NCBI GenBank assembly: GCA_001687465.1 | Contig: LVLI01000190.1 | Span: forward strand, 62,001-126,000 | DNA length: 64,000 bases | From: Halocafeteria seosinensis | Taxonomy: Eukaryota | Direction of reading: 5' to 3' | Shown: positions 52,202 to 64,000 of the stretch, piece after piece | Position numbering within the stretch: the first letter of the stretch is position 1 | Layout of the letters: the number at the start of each line of letters is the position of its first letter | Notes under the pieces: model-generated | Databases searched by the model: none | Told to the model about the DNA's origin: nothing | The model's input: the letters and a program-made list of their open reading frames with translations, nothing else | Translations under genes and position numbers: made by a program

Positions 52202-52983
52202 TTACATCTAAGAGTGTGTATTCCCTCCCATCCGTAATGTGTGTTTTTTCTCTTTCGTGCATAGTTCCACCGTTAGCATTCTGGTCGTGCACGATGGCGT
52301 GTCGTGCACAAGAAAATTCAACAACAGCGACTCTTTTTTCCTGTGTTCCATCGTCGGCTATGTTCGGGCCGTTCTTTTGTTGTCGCCGTTTTCCGTCAGC
52401 TTGGTAGAGTGGCCACTGGCCAGTAAAGTGGCGCGACTCGCCGCGCAGCGCTGGTCGCAACCGACAATCTTCTCCAGTTTTCATCGAACTCCCAAAAGAA
52501 ACAGGAACCAGACAGACCCGCGCCGAGTTGGGTTGGTTGCACCCTTTCGAAAATTGTTATTGCTGGTGTGAGAAAAGTGCATAAATGTCTGTACTCTCTC
52601 TGTCTGACGTGAATTATGGCAGAGTCCCTCGTCGGCTAAAGTTTTTTTTTTTTTCGCGCCAAAAAACCATTCGATTACATAAAGTAACAAACAGCCCTCC
52701 GAGGCTATTCTCGTTGTTTATTCCCTGGGCACAGTCCATCTGCATCCTTCTGCGGCTCTGTGCCTGGATCCGAGCAAAAGAGAGCCACAGGTGTGCGCCT
52801 CGCCACTTTGGAGTAAACGGAACGTATTCATTCCCCATCCCTGGGGGAAAGAGAGGCGAGGAGAGCAGACAACGTGTGGGCGGGGCAAGGAAGCAAAGTT
52901 ACCGGCCATCCTTCCAGCTAAGCTAAGATTGTGTGTGGGGACTGGAGTTGTTATCGTGAATATATTTGCACAAGCAACTAAGA

Positions 52984-55900
52984 ATGGCGGCTCCCGGAGC
53001 CGCCCTAGGATTGCAACTGGCATCGCTCATGCATGCTTCCGGACAAGGAGAAGAGGCCACAGGACGGCAACATGGGTTGAGTTTTCATCGTATCCCATCG
53101 GCTGCACCGGGAGGACTTTCTCGGGGATCAAGTGCGAAAAGCTTAACGAGAACGCCGAGCCAGCATCAGGTTGTAGCGCCCCGCATCATTGGAAGTCCCT
53201 CCGCTGAAGTTCGCGACAAGAAGACTGCAGTTAGAACTTCTGAAGAGACGCTAGTGATGTCCATAGCGTCTGCTCTGGTCACACCTCAAAGGAAAATGCC
53301 CCAGAAGCACCGGTCGTCGCATCAGTTCGATATGGAGGAGTCTGTGGCGCACCGCGCTACTTCAGTGTTCGAATATTACTGCACACGAGCTAGTATGACA
53401 AACGTCGAATCCATGGGAAATCTTATGTTTAAACGAGTAAGTTAGAGTGCGAAATCTTAGATTAAGAGTCTTTCTTTTTGCATATACTATCTAAGTCGTT
53501 GTTGTTTTGAACGCAGTTCTTGCGAGAAGCTGGTATGAAACCGGATACAGCAGCGCTGAGCGAGTGTGACCTCATATTCAAGAAGACAACTGGTCATTTC
53601 CAAGGAAGTTCGGGAGAATCTAAGCTCGTGTTTCAGACATTTCTGCAAGCTTTAGCGAGAGTGGTATTGAATCGGAGAATTCTCCAATATTTTGAACAAA
53701 ATTTTCAGCCACCGCACAGGCCCGCCAGTGAACACGATGAGGATGCCATAGAAGAATGTTGCAGCGTTGCTATCACACTGCTAGCCACGGGCAGACGCTT
53801 GGAACCACCTCCGCCTGCAACAGACCTGCTCTCGGATGATGCAGTACTCGCAATGCAGGAAAATGAAGAGGTGCTCCATAGACTATTCTACTATTATACC
53901 CGGTACACAGATTTTTTGATGAGTTATGAAAAGGCGGTATTATTTAGTAAAGAATTTGCGATCTTCCCTAATCTCTTGAATAAAGCTGTTTTGATGTCTG
54001 TCTACCGAGCAATTTCCCCGGAGCTACAGCCTCTGACATATCCAGGCTTCCTGGAGTTTCTGGGCCGGGTGGCGCTCTTGGCATTCTCTCGCCCAGGTTT
54101 GGTGGAGGACCATACGTTTGCTGGAGACAAACTTCGTGGTTTATTTGCAAGATTGAGAGTGTGTCAAAAAATGACAGATATCATAACCGAAGAAGAATCG
54201 ACCGGGTCTGCTCGTTACGGAAAACTACCCGATCACGTTTTGTGGGGGGAAAGCGAAAAAAAGGAAAATGCTAATATTTCAAATATATCTCCGAAAAAGA
54301 GCTTTGGAAGATTAAACATGGACGAAATTGGTATGCAACGCTTGCACAGATCGTCAACGTTTAGACAACAGGATGACGAAGGTTCGCCTCCCGTCACAAC
54401 TCATCAGGCCACCAATGTAGTTAAGTGGTCGCCTACCACGGATAATAGCGATGAATTTCTCCAGCCAATACCGGAAAGCAAACAAAACAAATCAACCGAA
54501 GAAAAAACAGGAGGTTCTGAATCTTCAGACAGCTCCGTGGAACGGGTTGTACAAGAGGGTCAGCTGGAGTTTACCGGACTTCATAGAACTGCACACACTG
54601 ACAGCACTGATCAGGAGAGTTCTAGCCAAACTTACCACGGAAAAACTGATACACGTTCGGGCACAACTGGGTCGTACTCTGAGGAACAATACAATTCTGT
54701 TGTGTCTTCAGTACAGAACATGCAGGTAACAATGCAGGATCATACTCGTAGGACTGTTGTGAGGTCCCCTGTCTCAACGAAGGAAGCATCTGTGGTTAAT
54801 GCATCTACCGGCGCTAGTCCCATAGGGATTAACGAGAGCACCCCCTCTTCGACCCGCTTTTCTCCCGAGTTTCAGAGCTTGGCTAAGACAGCGGAACCAC
54901 CGTCGCGAGACACCGCAGGATCGAACACGAGCTATTTGTACAGGAGCTCGTCGCGTGTGACTTTCGCAGCAGAAGACTCGGTAGCTAGCGCTTCCTCATC
55001 TAAGGCAGCTTACAGGTATAACTCTTTCCGCTCGCTTTCAAAAAAGCACATTACTTCCCCGTCGAGTCCAACGGCGCATGTTGCCCCTACCGGCGACACC
55101 CAGTCTCCAGGTAGCGAGAGCAGCACACCGGATTTGGAAGCAAGCTATACGGGTGGTTCAGTTCCTCCAGAGGATTCCCAACGTCAAGCAGGATTTATGA
55201 GAGCACACAGCGGAGTTGGTAGTAGCAAGGGCGCTCACAGCGTAGCTTCCTCCGGAAGGGGAGGAGCTAGCACCGTTTCCAAGAAGAAGGCTAGCCAACG
55301 GCTAAAGGGGCATTGGTCCTTTTATGGACAGGGGAAATCCACACAAGACAGGGTTGCCGAAAACGAAGAACGAAGACTTCGAGATGCGCGAGCGCAACAG
55401 GTTGGCGATAGTGCTGACTACGAAATGCAGGTCCGCGTAGGAACCCGACCGGATGACGCGTCGGCAAAGGAAATCGCACAGCAGCAGTTAACTATCCAAG
55501 CACCGAAGAGAAGTATCCATGATTTCGTTAAAGTCGACGTTGTAGATTCGATACTGAAACACTATTTTGAGAAGTTTGAAACGAAGTTGAAGCCGGTTTT
55601 TGAAATATATGCTGGCCTCCAAGATCCGTCCAACACTTCGAAATGCAGCTTTCGAAACTTCCAGAGCATGATGAAGGATATCAACCTTTTTGACGATTAC
55701 GTGAATGCCTTTGATGTGTACCTACAACTCTTGTGTGTTGTGGAACGTAGCCAGCGCTCTTTAGTTGACCCGTATCGGTCGCGGGGTACAACCCTAGAGG
55801 AAATCCGGCGACTGAATGAACAATCACGGCAGTTCGAAACGGCTGGCTTTTGCGACGAACGGGAAAGAGATGACAAAAATAACAAATGGGTTGCGCGTCA

Positions 55901-57653
55901 CTTGAGTTTCCATCAATGGTTTGAGGGTTTAGTGCGAATGGCTGAGATGACACGTCAGGAATCCCGCATGGTACACGGGGTAGCGGATATCGAGGAGGAT
56001 CTGGACTCCGTCAACGCCGCCTTAGCCCACGCTAAAGAATTCTTTACCTACCGAATCGAACCTCTATTTCAGTTAGCCGAAGCCACAAAAGAAGAACTGA
56101 AGATGTTTCGCAGTGCAGAAGTACAAAGATGCATCTCAGACGAACAGCGACTGCTGGAAATGTTTTTTGCGCACTATAGTGATGTAACAAATGTAAGAGG
56201 AGACGTTCTTACCCATGATTCTACGCTACGCTTAGGTGATTCTGGGCAAGAACATTCAGCGGAAAGCTTGGAACGGAAAAAGGTACTGGATTTTGATAAT
56301 TTCTTGAAGTTATGCTATGATGCATCCGTTGTGCCAAAATTGGCACATACTTCAGTTGTTATGTCAGCTTTCAAGAGTGCAGCCAGGCTGTCGTACACTG
56401 AGTCTGGTGGGGACGAGAGTTTATCACGGTCATCGCAAGGCTTTTTGGGAAAGGCAGATAGACTAAGCTTCAGGGAATTCCAGTTCGCGGTTTTCCTTCT
56501 TGCTCAGCGTGGCTTCACGCAGCCGTTCCTCCGACGTAAATTCCGTGGCGCTCCAGCTAAGCTCCAGGGGCTTTTTGCCTGGATAAGGGGTGCACCAGGC
56601 CATCCTATTGAAGGTTTGTCCAGAGCTGAATGGGAAAGAGGGTATTCGTACAGAGGCCGCACCATCACGGGTGAAGCGTCTGTTTCCTGGGGAAACTCAG
56701 CATTCTTTTGCATCGGTGAATCAGCTGCACATAACACATTCGGTAGGAAGAGCGGCAGTGATAAAACCTCCCCGATGAAGGCTTTAAGCGATCACGCTGG
56801 GGACTATTCTGCGAACCCGAAGGAGGAGGACAGGGACAGGGGCGTTTCACAAGAAGAGGCGGCGCCTGGTGGCGAGCGCCAGGAGAGTTTACTGGAAGCC
56901 CTTAGTCGTCGATCAACAGGTGTTGGCGACGAAACTGCACAAGAAGAAGCTCTAGACGAAACGTGGATAGACCAAGACGATAGTAGACAGCAAGCCCTTA
57001 CAATGGTTTTGCGAGAAATGGAGGACGGTGTAGCGCACCAGCGAGTCCAAACTCACCAAACCACGAACGGTCATACATCCGACCCTGCCAACGCCTTACC
57101 AGATCCTCCGAAGCATGTCCAGGTACCTTATTATCCATCTGAAAAGGAAACATTTACGAAGAGTACCTCTGGTATGGGTAGAAACACTAGGAAGCGGGGA
57201 ACGTCAACAATGACGTCCCCTGCTGCAAAAGTGCACCGTACTCCAACTACCACCAGGGCTCCTGGTGAAGATTATTTTCTCAAGCGAATGAGTGCTGCCA
57301 AAACAGAACGAATGAAAAGAGGCTGGATTGAGCATCTAAGAAACAACCAGTGGAACGTTAATCCTAATGAAAGTAAGCAACGCCAACTCAGCCACTCGGC
57401 AAGAGCGTCAGAGCGAATGAGCGGATACCCGATGCTACGGACGGCAAGCCGCGCGTCACAGAAAGAGCCCTGCTCATCTCCATCCTACGCGCGACAAAGG
57501 AATTCCAAAACGTCGTCACGGAAGCGTGATGTAACTTCCAAACAGTTATCGCCAAGCACTATGCGAAGTTTAAGCAAGGAAGTAGCTGCTGCACTTGCCA
57601 ATGGAGATGCGTATCAAGGAGATGAATTCTTAACTCCTCGTTCCTTAGACTAA
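52984..57653 (+). CDS. Large protein with repeated EF-hand-like/p25-alpha-like helical modules and disordered linkers (intron 53437-53516)
   Basis: The two ORFs join in frame. Recurring motif L.F..F...L.R.A (LVFQTFLQALARV, LTYPGFLEFLGRVA, LSFHQWFEGLVRMA, LSFREFQFAVFLLA). Confidence 0.75.
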
Positions 57654-58175
57654 TCGCGAACTTCGGTCTACAGTATTTTCCAAGGGCTTTTGTCTGACCA
57701 AAAATACACTGCAACACATGGCATGGTCGTGTTTAGTAATTTCCGCGAGAATTCCAGCCAACACCGTTCCACAGGTCTCGAAAAAACCAATGACTGAGGT
57801 TGAAGTTTGTGAGCACATCAATCTTTTCGTTGCTTGTTCGCCCCACATTTCGAACCTCTGCATCACCGCTCGTGGCATCGTTTTGGTTGGTTCTATCGGT
57901 CCCTGGTACCAATAGTGGGTAAGTTTTTAGTTAATCCATCAAGTTGTACAGGGAGCTTGCTTTGTCCTCTCACTGTTAGACTGGTTAGCCCAGCTCAACT
58001 AGCTTGAGATTGTGTCACTGGCTTCCCTCCTCAGCTTCCCCAAGAAATCCTTTTTGTTATTACTCCCTGTCCGGTTATTTCACTTGGCTGCATGCTTTGT
58101 TGCTCTACGGATGTGCAGCAGATAACTGATATAGGATTCGCTGGGCTCCCCCTTTTATAATTTTAGGATACTAAA

Positions 58176-58716
58176 ATGTCTAAGCGTGGACGTGGTGGTG
58201 CCACAGGTAAGTTCCCTCCTTCGATGCTCTTCCAGGACTTTTTTTGCTCCTCTTGTAGCTCCCCTGTCACTTGACCCTGTAGGAGATGAAGTGTGATCCA
58301 TGATATTTACGTGCTTGTGTGCAGGCGCCAAGTTCCGTATGACATTGGGTCTCCCCAATGGAGCTTTGATTAACTGTGCCGATAACTCTGGTGCCAAGAA
58401 CTTGTATATCGTTGCCGTCGCTGGAACTGGCGCTCGTCTCAATCGTTTGCCGGCAGCAGCACCAGGTGATTATGTTATGGCCACAGTGAAGAAGGGAAAG
58501 CCCGAGCTCAGGAAGAAAGTGTCACCAGCAGTCATCATTCGGCAGAGAAAAGCCTGGAGACGTAAGAATGGTGTGTTCATCTACTTCGAAGATAACGCTG
58601 GAGTGATCGTCAACCCAAAAGGAGAAATGAAGGGATCAACCATCACTGGTCCAGTTGCCAAAGAGTGCGCCGATTTGTGGCCGAGGATCGCCAGTCATGC
58701 AGGCAGTATCCTATAA
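58176..58716 (+). CDS. RPL23: 60S ribosomal protein L23 (uL14), intron 58207-58324
   Basis: [34 protein letters not shown]...[11 protein letters not shown]...[18 protein letters not shown]...[13 protein letters not shown]. Confidence 0.99.
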
Positions 58717-58857
58717 GAGATTCAAACTGGTAGTAATGCTTTCACTTTGAAGCACGCCGTAAGACGATGTTGTCCATTTTTGGAATAATAGGCAGTGAAA
58801 ATGTCACGAGCTACGCTATCCTGGTTACACAGTATGTTCAACATTCTTTGATGGGAA

Positions 58858-60137
58858 TTATGGCTCTCTATTTCCTCTGTCGCGTAATCCGTCTTGCTCA
58901 TCAGCGGGACTCATAGACTCATCCAAGACCAGTTCTGTGTCGTCATCATCCAGGATACTGTAAGTACCTCGCTGAGTGGTACTCTTGGGTCGTTGGTTCC
59001 TTTTATCGTTTCCTTGATTATGTTCATTTTCTTGATTTAGAGGCATTCGGTCGATGTCCTCGTTTTCTTCATCATTCGGCTCCGCATTCAAGGATCTGTA
59101 ATTGCTCAGCAGGAGTCACTGCGAACTTTGACTCTTTAAGATTTTGAGTAATACTTACGAGTATTGACCTGGGGTCGTATTTCTTCGTTCGTTCTTGTAC
59201 CTGCGTATTTTCTCGGCCACTGACTGAAACCGATTCTTCACTCCTGTTCCCATATTCTGCACGCCTCTCTTGATGCTTCCCCATGTATCGCTTTCACCTT
59301 GGCTTCTTTCCAACGCCTCCGCCACTGATAGAGATCTCCGTTGAGGTTGTCCTTGCCCGTTTTGTCCACGGAGTCGCTGAGATCTTCTCCAGTATTCTTG
59401 TTCAGCCTGTAAAGTGTTCTTTATCGGTGTCGTCGAACGGAACAGTAGAGAAGCGGGCACCTTACCTGAACGTATGCCGCCAAACGGGGGTCCCGACGCA
59501 GAATCTCTGCTCCTTCTTCACTATCCAGCATCTGTGCGTACGAGAAGTACGTAAAGAGTTTTCGATGACAATAACATTTCAATAGAGGGGAACAGCGTAC
59601 TTCGAATAACTGAGCGTCGGTCATCACACTTCGGCCCTGGGACCGAGTTGGCATACTCGAGCCTGGCACTTTCAGGAAGTCTCGAGGAAGAGGATGTCTC
59701 CACGTTCCATGACTATCCCGTCGAGGAACCCGCTCTCTTTCACTGGGAGTGCAAAAGACTCATCACACACCGTACTGTATCTACATATTCCCCAGTATCA
59801 CCCACCTTTGGTGTTGTGCACCTTGAGGCGGGGCAGTGCTAGTATGTTGTTGCGAAGTGTGACTAACATCCTCGGCTTCAGAACTAGCTGCGCTAGTAGG
59901 CTGTTGAGACCCTTCAGTTTGGGAGTTCTGTATTTGCAGGAGTTGGTCTATTGAATCCTCTACACGCCCTTCTGCAGCATTCGCAATAATGTTCAAGGAG
60001 TACGAAACACATGCTCTAGGCACATTCCCCCTACCATTGGCCTCCAATATCGTCTGAATTACAGTGTCGTCTATATCCTGAAACATGGAGCGTAATGTAC
60101 CCATTACCTCCTCCATAGTGAGTCGTTGTTCAGCCAT
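58858..60137 (-). CDS. CUE-domain (ubiquitin-binding) protein, CUEDC1-like, about 5 introns
   Basis: MGTLRSMFQDIDDTVIQTILEAN|EGRVEDSIDQLL is a CUE domain; spliced HPLPRDFLKVP motif. Confidence 0.8.
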
Positions 60138-61151
60138 TCTTCGTTGTTTTCCGAGCACACAACTTCTGAGGATATTCTTGCACCAAGGGAATATTCAACC
60201 CCTCGTCACGCACACACGAGTAAAGACAAAAAAAAGAAAAAAAAAAAGAAAAGCAATAGATTAATCTTATCAAAACATATGACAATTTAAACAAACAGTG
60301 GAAACAGGTATTCTCAGACGCGATTCATAATGATTCATGTCAAAGAACGGAGTCCCAGATTGAGGTTGAAGTCCCGCAATCTGCGAGGCTGAACAATGTT
60401 AGCTTCACTCAGCGGTATATATGTGTACTTGTACGCGTATATCTAAGGTGTGGTTTCGAGGTGAAGTGTAATTGCAACTTTAGCGTTGGGTATTCGCGAT
60501 GTATCTGGCCTACGCGACGGTGAACCCTGAAGCAGGGAGACAAGCCGTATTCTCCGTGGAGAATTTCTCCCATGGTAGGGCAAGACGCCACCTCGGATTG
60601 GCACACTTTCCTCATCTATGTATACCAATTTGGCGTATACATAGTAACGTCGCAAAGGGCAGGCGGTAAGCGTGGCAACATCGTGCCTGCGGTTCCGTTG
60701 CGGCTCGCCAGTGGCCACGTCATGTTGCAAATTGGTTCCGAGAGTCTATTATCTCCGGAAGTTCAGACTGGAACTCTCAGTAAGATCCAGTTAGGAAGAG
60801 TCCACATTGCGGTGAGCCACTGGTGACCACAAGTTGGTCCACATTGGACTCCACAACTACAAGTGTGGTCAAGTTCAACATCGTATGTGAAGCTCACTGT
60901 GAACGCCGCAAGCGGGGTATTCGCCCACCGGTTCATTTTATCGGAAGTAACGCGAGTTGATTGTGCGGATCATTTCAAGGATCAGTCTTATTTCTCCTGT
61001 GGAAAGAAGAACTCCCCCCGCCAAGAACAGGCACATCAATCTACTGCAGTGTGCAAGCTGCTGCTCCATGCATGGCTAGCCTGGCGCACGTGCGGGTAGT
61101 AGTGAGGTTAATAAGTTAAACCCCAAGACTCCCTTCCTGCAGAAACTTATC

Positions 61152-61862
61152 ATGTATTGTGGATCCTCTAAAAAGGATGCATCGATTCGTGCAAGGAAGG
61201 AAGTAGAAAGGAGTGCTTGTACTGATTCCGGAAACAATCGGCAAGCAGCAGGAGCCTCAAACGACGGCAACTCCCGACAGAAGAAGGTACTGGTTCTTCC
61301 TGATTCTCAAAGATCGTCATCGCTGGGAATCAATGGCTCTGTGCGCATGGATTACGGGCAGAGGTCGTCCCAACGTCCATCCTTAGAAGCATCGATTCGG
61401 CGACAAACCTGTAAGGATGGATATGGAGGCACTGAATACGATAACATTGTTTTTGATGAAAGTAAAGAGTTCCACAAAAGTAAAGACAGTACAGCAACAG
61501 ATGCCAAGTCTCTGCATAGTTCGAACAGCAGTGGTAAGCCAACTGGCACGGAAGATGCTGATGAAGGCCGGCCGGGAACCCCTCCACCTCTTTGTGGGGA
61601 GATGACGCTACGCAAGGAATACTGTATCAAGAGTGGCAAGAAAAACAAGAAACAGCAATATAAGCGACTAGGGGGATCGAAAAGCTCTTTGGGCAGTCGA
61701 AGCAGTATCGGAGGGGCCAGTGAAAGTGTCGACCTGGCGCAAGACATGACGAGTTGCGCGTCGCAAAACCAGCAATCTGCAGTGGATTTTGATGACAAGG
61801 AACAGGATATCACTCAAAATACCAACAGCTCGTCTGATGACTCCTCTGATGGCTCTCCATGA
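61152..61862 (+). CDS. Orphan low-complexity protein, paralog A
   Basis: Intronless ORF whose blocks are conserved at protein level with 62579-63406. Confidence 0.75.
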   Translation: MYCGSSKKDASIRARKEVERSACTDSGNNRQAAGASNDGNSRQKKVLVLPDSQRSSSLGINGSVRMDYGQRSSQRPSLEASIRRQTCKDGYGGTEYDNIVFDESKEFHKSKDSTATDAKSLHSSNSSGKPTGTEDADEGRPGTPPPLCGEMTLRKEYCIKSGKKNKKQQYKRLGGSKSSLGSRSSIGGASESVDLAQDMTSCASQNQQSAVDFDDKEQDITQNTNSSSDDSSDGSP

Positions 61863-62578
61863 AAGGACATATTCATCTATAGTGTAGTCTATCGTTGACG
61901 AGAACAGCGGCCGACCTGCCCACGTATGTTATGTTACATTGTTATTCGTCCTGTGAGCCGCCAGACTACCGTGCAGTTCCGCAGGTTGAGAATACACTAC
62001 CGCATTTGTCTGTAGTATCACATTGAGAGCCACACGCTCTCCACTTTCTTTCTCAGGCACATAGAGAACAGCAGCAGACTCGGTCAGAAGGAGCTGTTTT
62101 GCTCGGCCCAAGTTCCGAAGCACGTTACGGGAGGCCGACAGGACGGCCGAAGTCCGCTCTTGCAGAGTGTAACGGCACACCTGGATTGGCACATACATGT
62201 ATACATGCATGTTTACGCACATTGTAAGTGTTTGATCCTTGTGACCGAATGTGGAACAGCATACACGTATACAAAACCTTTTGTTAGTGTGTTTTGGTGC
62301 TGTTGGTTTTAGCCTTCTCTTTGCCCCTCAAACCCCTTTTTTGTTGCATTAGTGACGCTTAGACGTCGCATTCTTCTTCCTCTGGGGCATCAAGGGAAGA
62401 AGAGGGACCACATGCGTTTTTAGATCCACGCTCTACGTTGAGGATTTGCTGGTAAATCTCAAGCAAAATGGCCGATGCGGGATATCCTCGGACACGGAGT
62501 TCCTCTTGCAGCCGAGGACAAACGGTGGGGACTGTGCGCGTACGTTGAAGTACATACGTGTACTGACTCAAGGAATGC

Positions 62579-63406
62579 ATGTGTTTGCCAATGCAGAACG
62601 CGGATGAGGCACAACATTTTAGTACACCTAACGCCCATACAGGTAGGTATATGAACAATGAGGATACTGAGAATCAAGTGCCACGAGTCAAGGAAGTCAA
62701 GTTTGCTGCCGAAGATGCCTCAGAACGCCTTCAATCGGGAAGTACACACTCGAATGTGATCGGTGACCCTTCGAGTGTGGAAGGCAGGGACAGGCGACGG
62801 GTACTGGTGCTTCCAGAGTCACAGAGATCGTCATCGTTAGGAATTAACGGCACAGTCCATGTCGACTATGGCAAGCGTTCACGTCGTCAGCCGTCCCTTG
62901 AAGCTTCAATTCGGAGACAGACGTCTATCGATGGATATGGCGGACATGCCGAAAATGGAGGCATGTATGATAAAATAGAGTTCGACGAATCTTCCCGGCG
63001 ACAGTTGCAGGCCCAAGCCCATGGCCGAAGTAGCGAAGTGACATCAGACGCCCATTCGATAGAGAACTCTAGAGGCCAGTCACATGATCCAAGAAGCAAA
63101 TCAGGATCCACAGACAACAAGCCTCGTCCATCCACTCCTCCTCCTCTCGAAGGAAGCATTGAAGACACCCATGAGTATTACATCAAGACAGACAGTAAGC
63201 GGAAGCCTCAGAAATACAGAGGATTAGGCAGTTCCTCTGCCTCCAGTTCGAGGAGCTCTATCAGTCGCCGCACATCTGGCATCGACCTTAATAATGATAT
63301 GACGAGTTGTGCTACCCCTAATAAAGATTCGAAAAAGAATGGAGAGCAAATCTCGGACGAAAGGTGCTCGAGCGGAAGCGCGTTTGATGACTCCAGCTCC
63401 GACTAA
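62579..63406 (+). CDS. Orphan low-complexity protein, paralog B
   Basis: Shares VLVLP[DE]SQRSSSLGING, PSLEASIRRQT..DGYGG, RP.TPPPL.G and DL..DMTSCA with paralog A. The start codon is uncertain. Confidence 0.75.
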   Translation: MCLPMQNADEAQHFSTPNAHTGRYMNNEDTENQVPRVKEVKFAAEDASERLQSGSTHSNVIGDPSSVEGRDRRRVLVLPESQRSSSLGINGTVHVDYGKRSRRQPSLEASIRRQTSIDGYGGHAENGGMYDKIEFDESSRRQLQAQAHGRSSEVTSDAHSIENSRGQSHDPRSKSGSTDNKPRPSTPPPLEGSIEDTHEYYIKTDSKRKPQKYRGLGSSSASSSRSSISRRTSGIDLNNDMTSCATPNKDSKKNGEQISDERCSSGSAFDDSSSD

Positions 63407-63678
63407 GCAAAGCAAGTGGCCGCAGCGCAACTCACTACAGTACCTGCAAGGATGTACAGTTGCTTTTTCTAGTTGTTTTAATTTGTTGATGTTGAGCCGC
63501 GGATATAAATGCTATGTAATACACTACGGCCGTGTAACGAATTCCTGCGTTGTATAATTCAATCTTGACTTCGGCTTCACGTTCCATGCATGCCTTTGTA
63601 GTTCAATGCATAGAAGCAATAGAGTTGTTGGATGAGTGGAAGAGTTCAAGTTTTCCTCCCCCACAGTTAGAATGAACC

Positions 63679-64000
63679 ATGGCGTCCTTGGACAGTATCT
63701 GTAAGCCTTTGTTCACTGTCCTGCTCACCATATTTGAGTCCTTTTACGGTAAAGTGAGTCGAGTACATGTTCCACAGTTCTACGCGTTTTTGGAGTCTAT
63801 GCGTCACTGTTACGTGCATCGCGCAGCTGCATGAAATATGCTGTCCTCTCTTCGAAAAAGTCCCGCGAACCATTGGAGGCTACACGGTCTTCACTGCCAA
63901 CATTGTGACCTACTCCCGGACTCTGCTGGTGATTCCCATCGCTTACTGCATGAGGATGAATTTGACAGGGTGGGCATGTCTCCTAGTGCTTTGGCATGAT
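63679..64000 (+). CDS. CDP-alcohol phosphatidyltransferase family protein (3'-partial; exons 63679-63753 and 63827->64000)
   Basis: MASLDSICKPLFTVLLTIFESFYGK|LHEICCPLFEKVPRTIGGYTVFTANIVTYSRTLLVIPIAYC...LLVLWHD. The TxNxxTxxR motif and TM helices lead to where the DxxDG motif would follow. Canonical intron 63754-63826. Confidence 0.7.

Noticed and set aside
60415..60445. Imperfect palindrome ATATATGTGTACTTGTACGCGTATAT
   Set aside because: Low-complexity alternating purine-pyrimidine DNA pairs easily by chance.
1..64000. Numerous antisense or nested ORFs of 60-190 aa; tRNA, rRNA, snRNA, CRISPR and transposase signatures
   Set aside because: The nested ORFs are shadows of real CDSs. No tRNA, rRNA, spliceosomal snRNA, CRISPR array or mobile-element protein motif was recognised by eye.

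Overview
Gene-dense nuclear DNA from a flagellated eukaryote with many short (mostly 60-90 nt) GT-AG introns. A stramenopile is inferred from the gene content: IFT88, SF-assemblin-like protein, GPCR-PIPK fusion, CTR9 with an internal beta-rich insert, Lsi2-like transporter. About 23 protein-coding genes can be reconstructed. They include a >3,650-aa LRR/IQ/WW protein (5'-partial), CNOT3, ARL2BP, TOP1, NOSIP, a TPR protein, a 74-aa spliced microprotein with a decayed neighbouring copy, SF-assemblin-like, IFT88, GPCR-PIPK, an Elongin-B-like Ubl, two tandem Zn2Cys6 factors, a 3xRRM protein, an Lsi2/ArsB-type transporter, CTR9, RRS1, a large EF-hand-like protein, RPL23, a CUE protein, a tandem orphan pair and a 3'-partial CDP-alcohol phosphatidyltransferase. 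The most striking unexplained element is a ~970-nt non-coding stretch (21613-22580). It folds by eye into many nested, G-U-rich helices on the + strand, so it is a candidate large structured RNA; telomerase RNA is one hypothesis. Exon boundaries, alignments and helices were read by eye; no folding program or database search was run.
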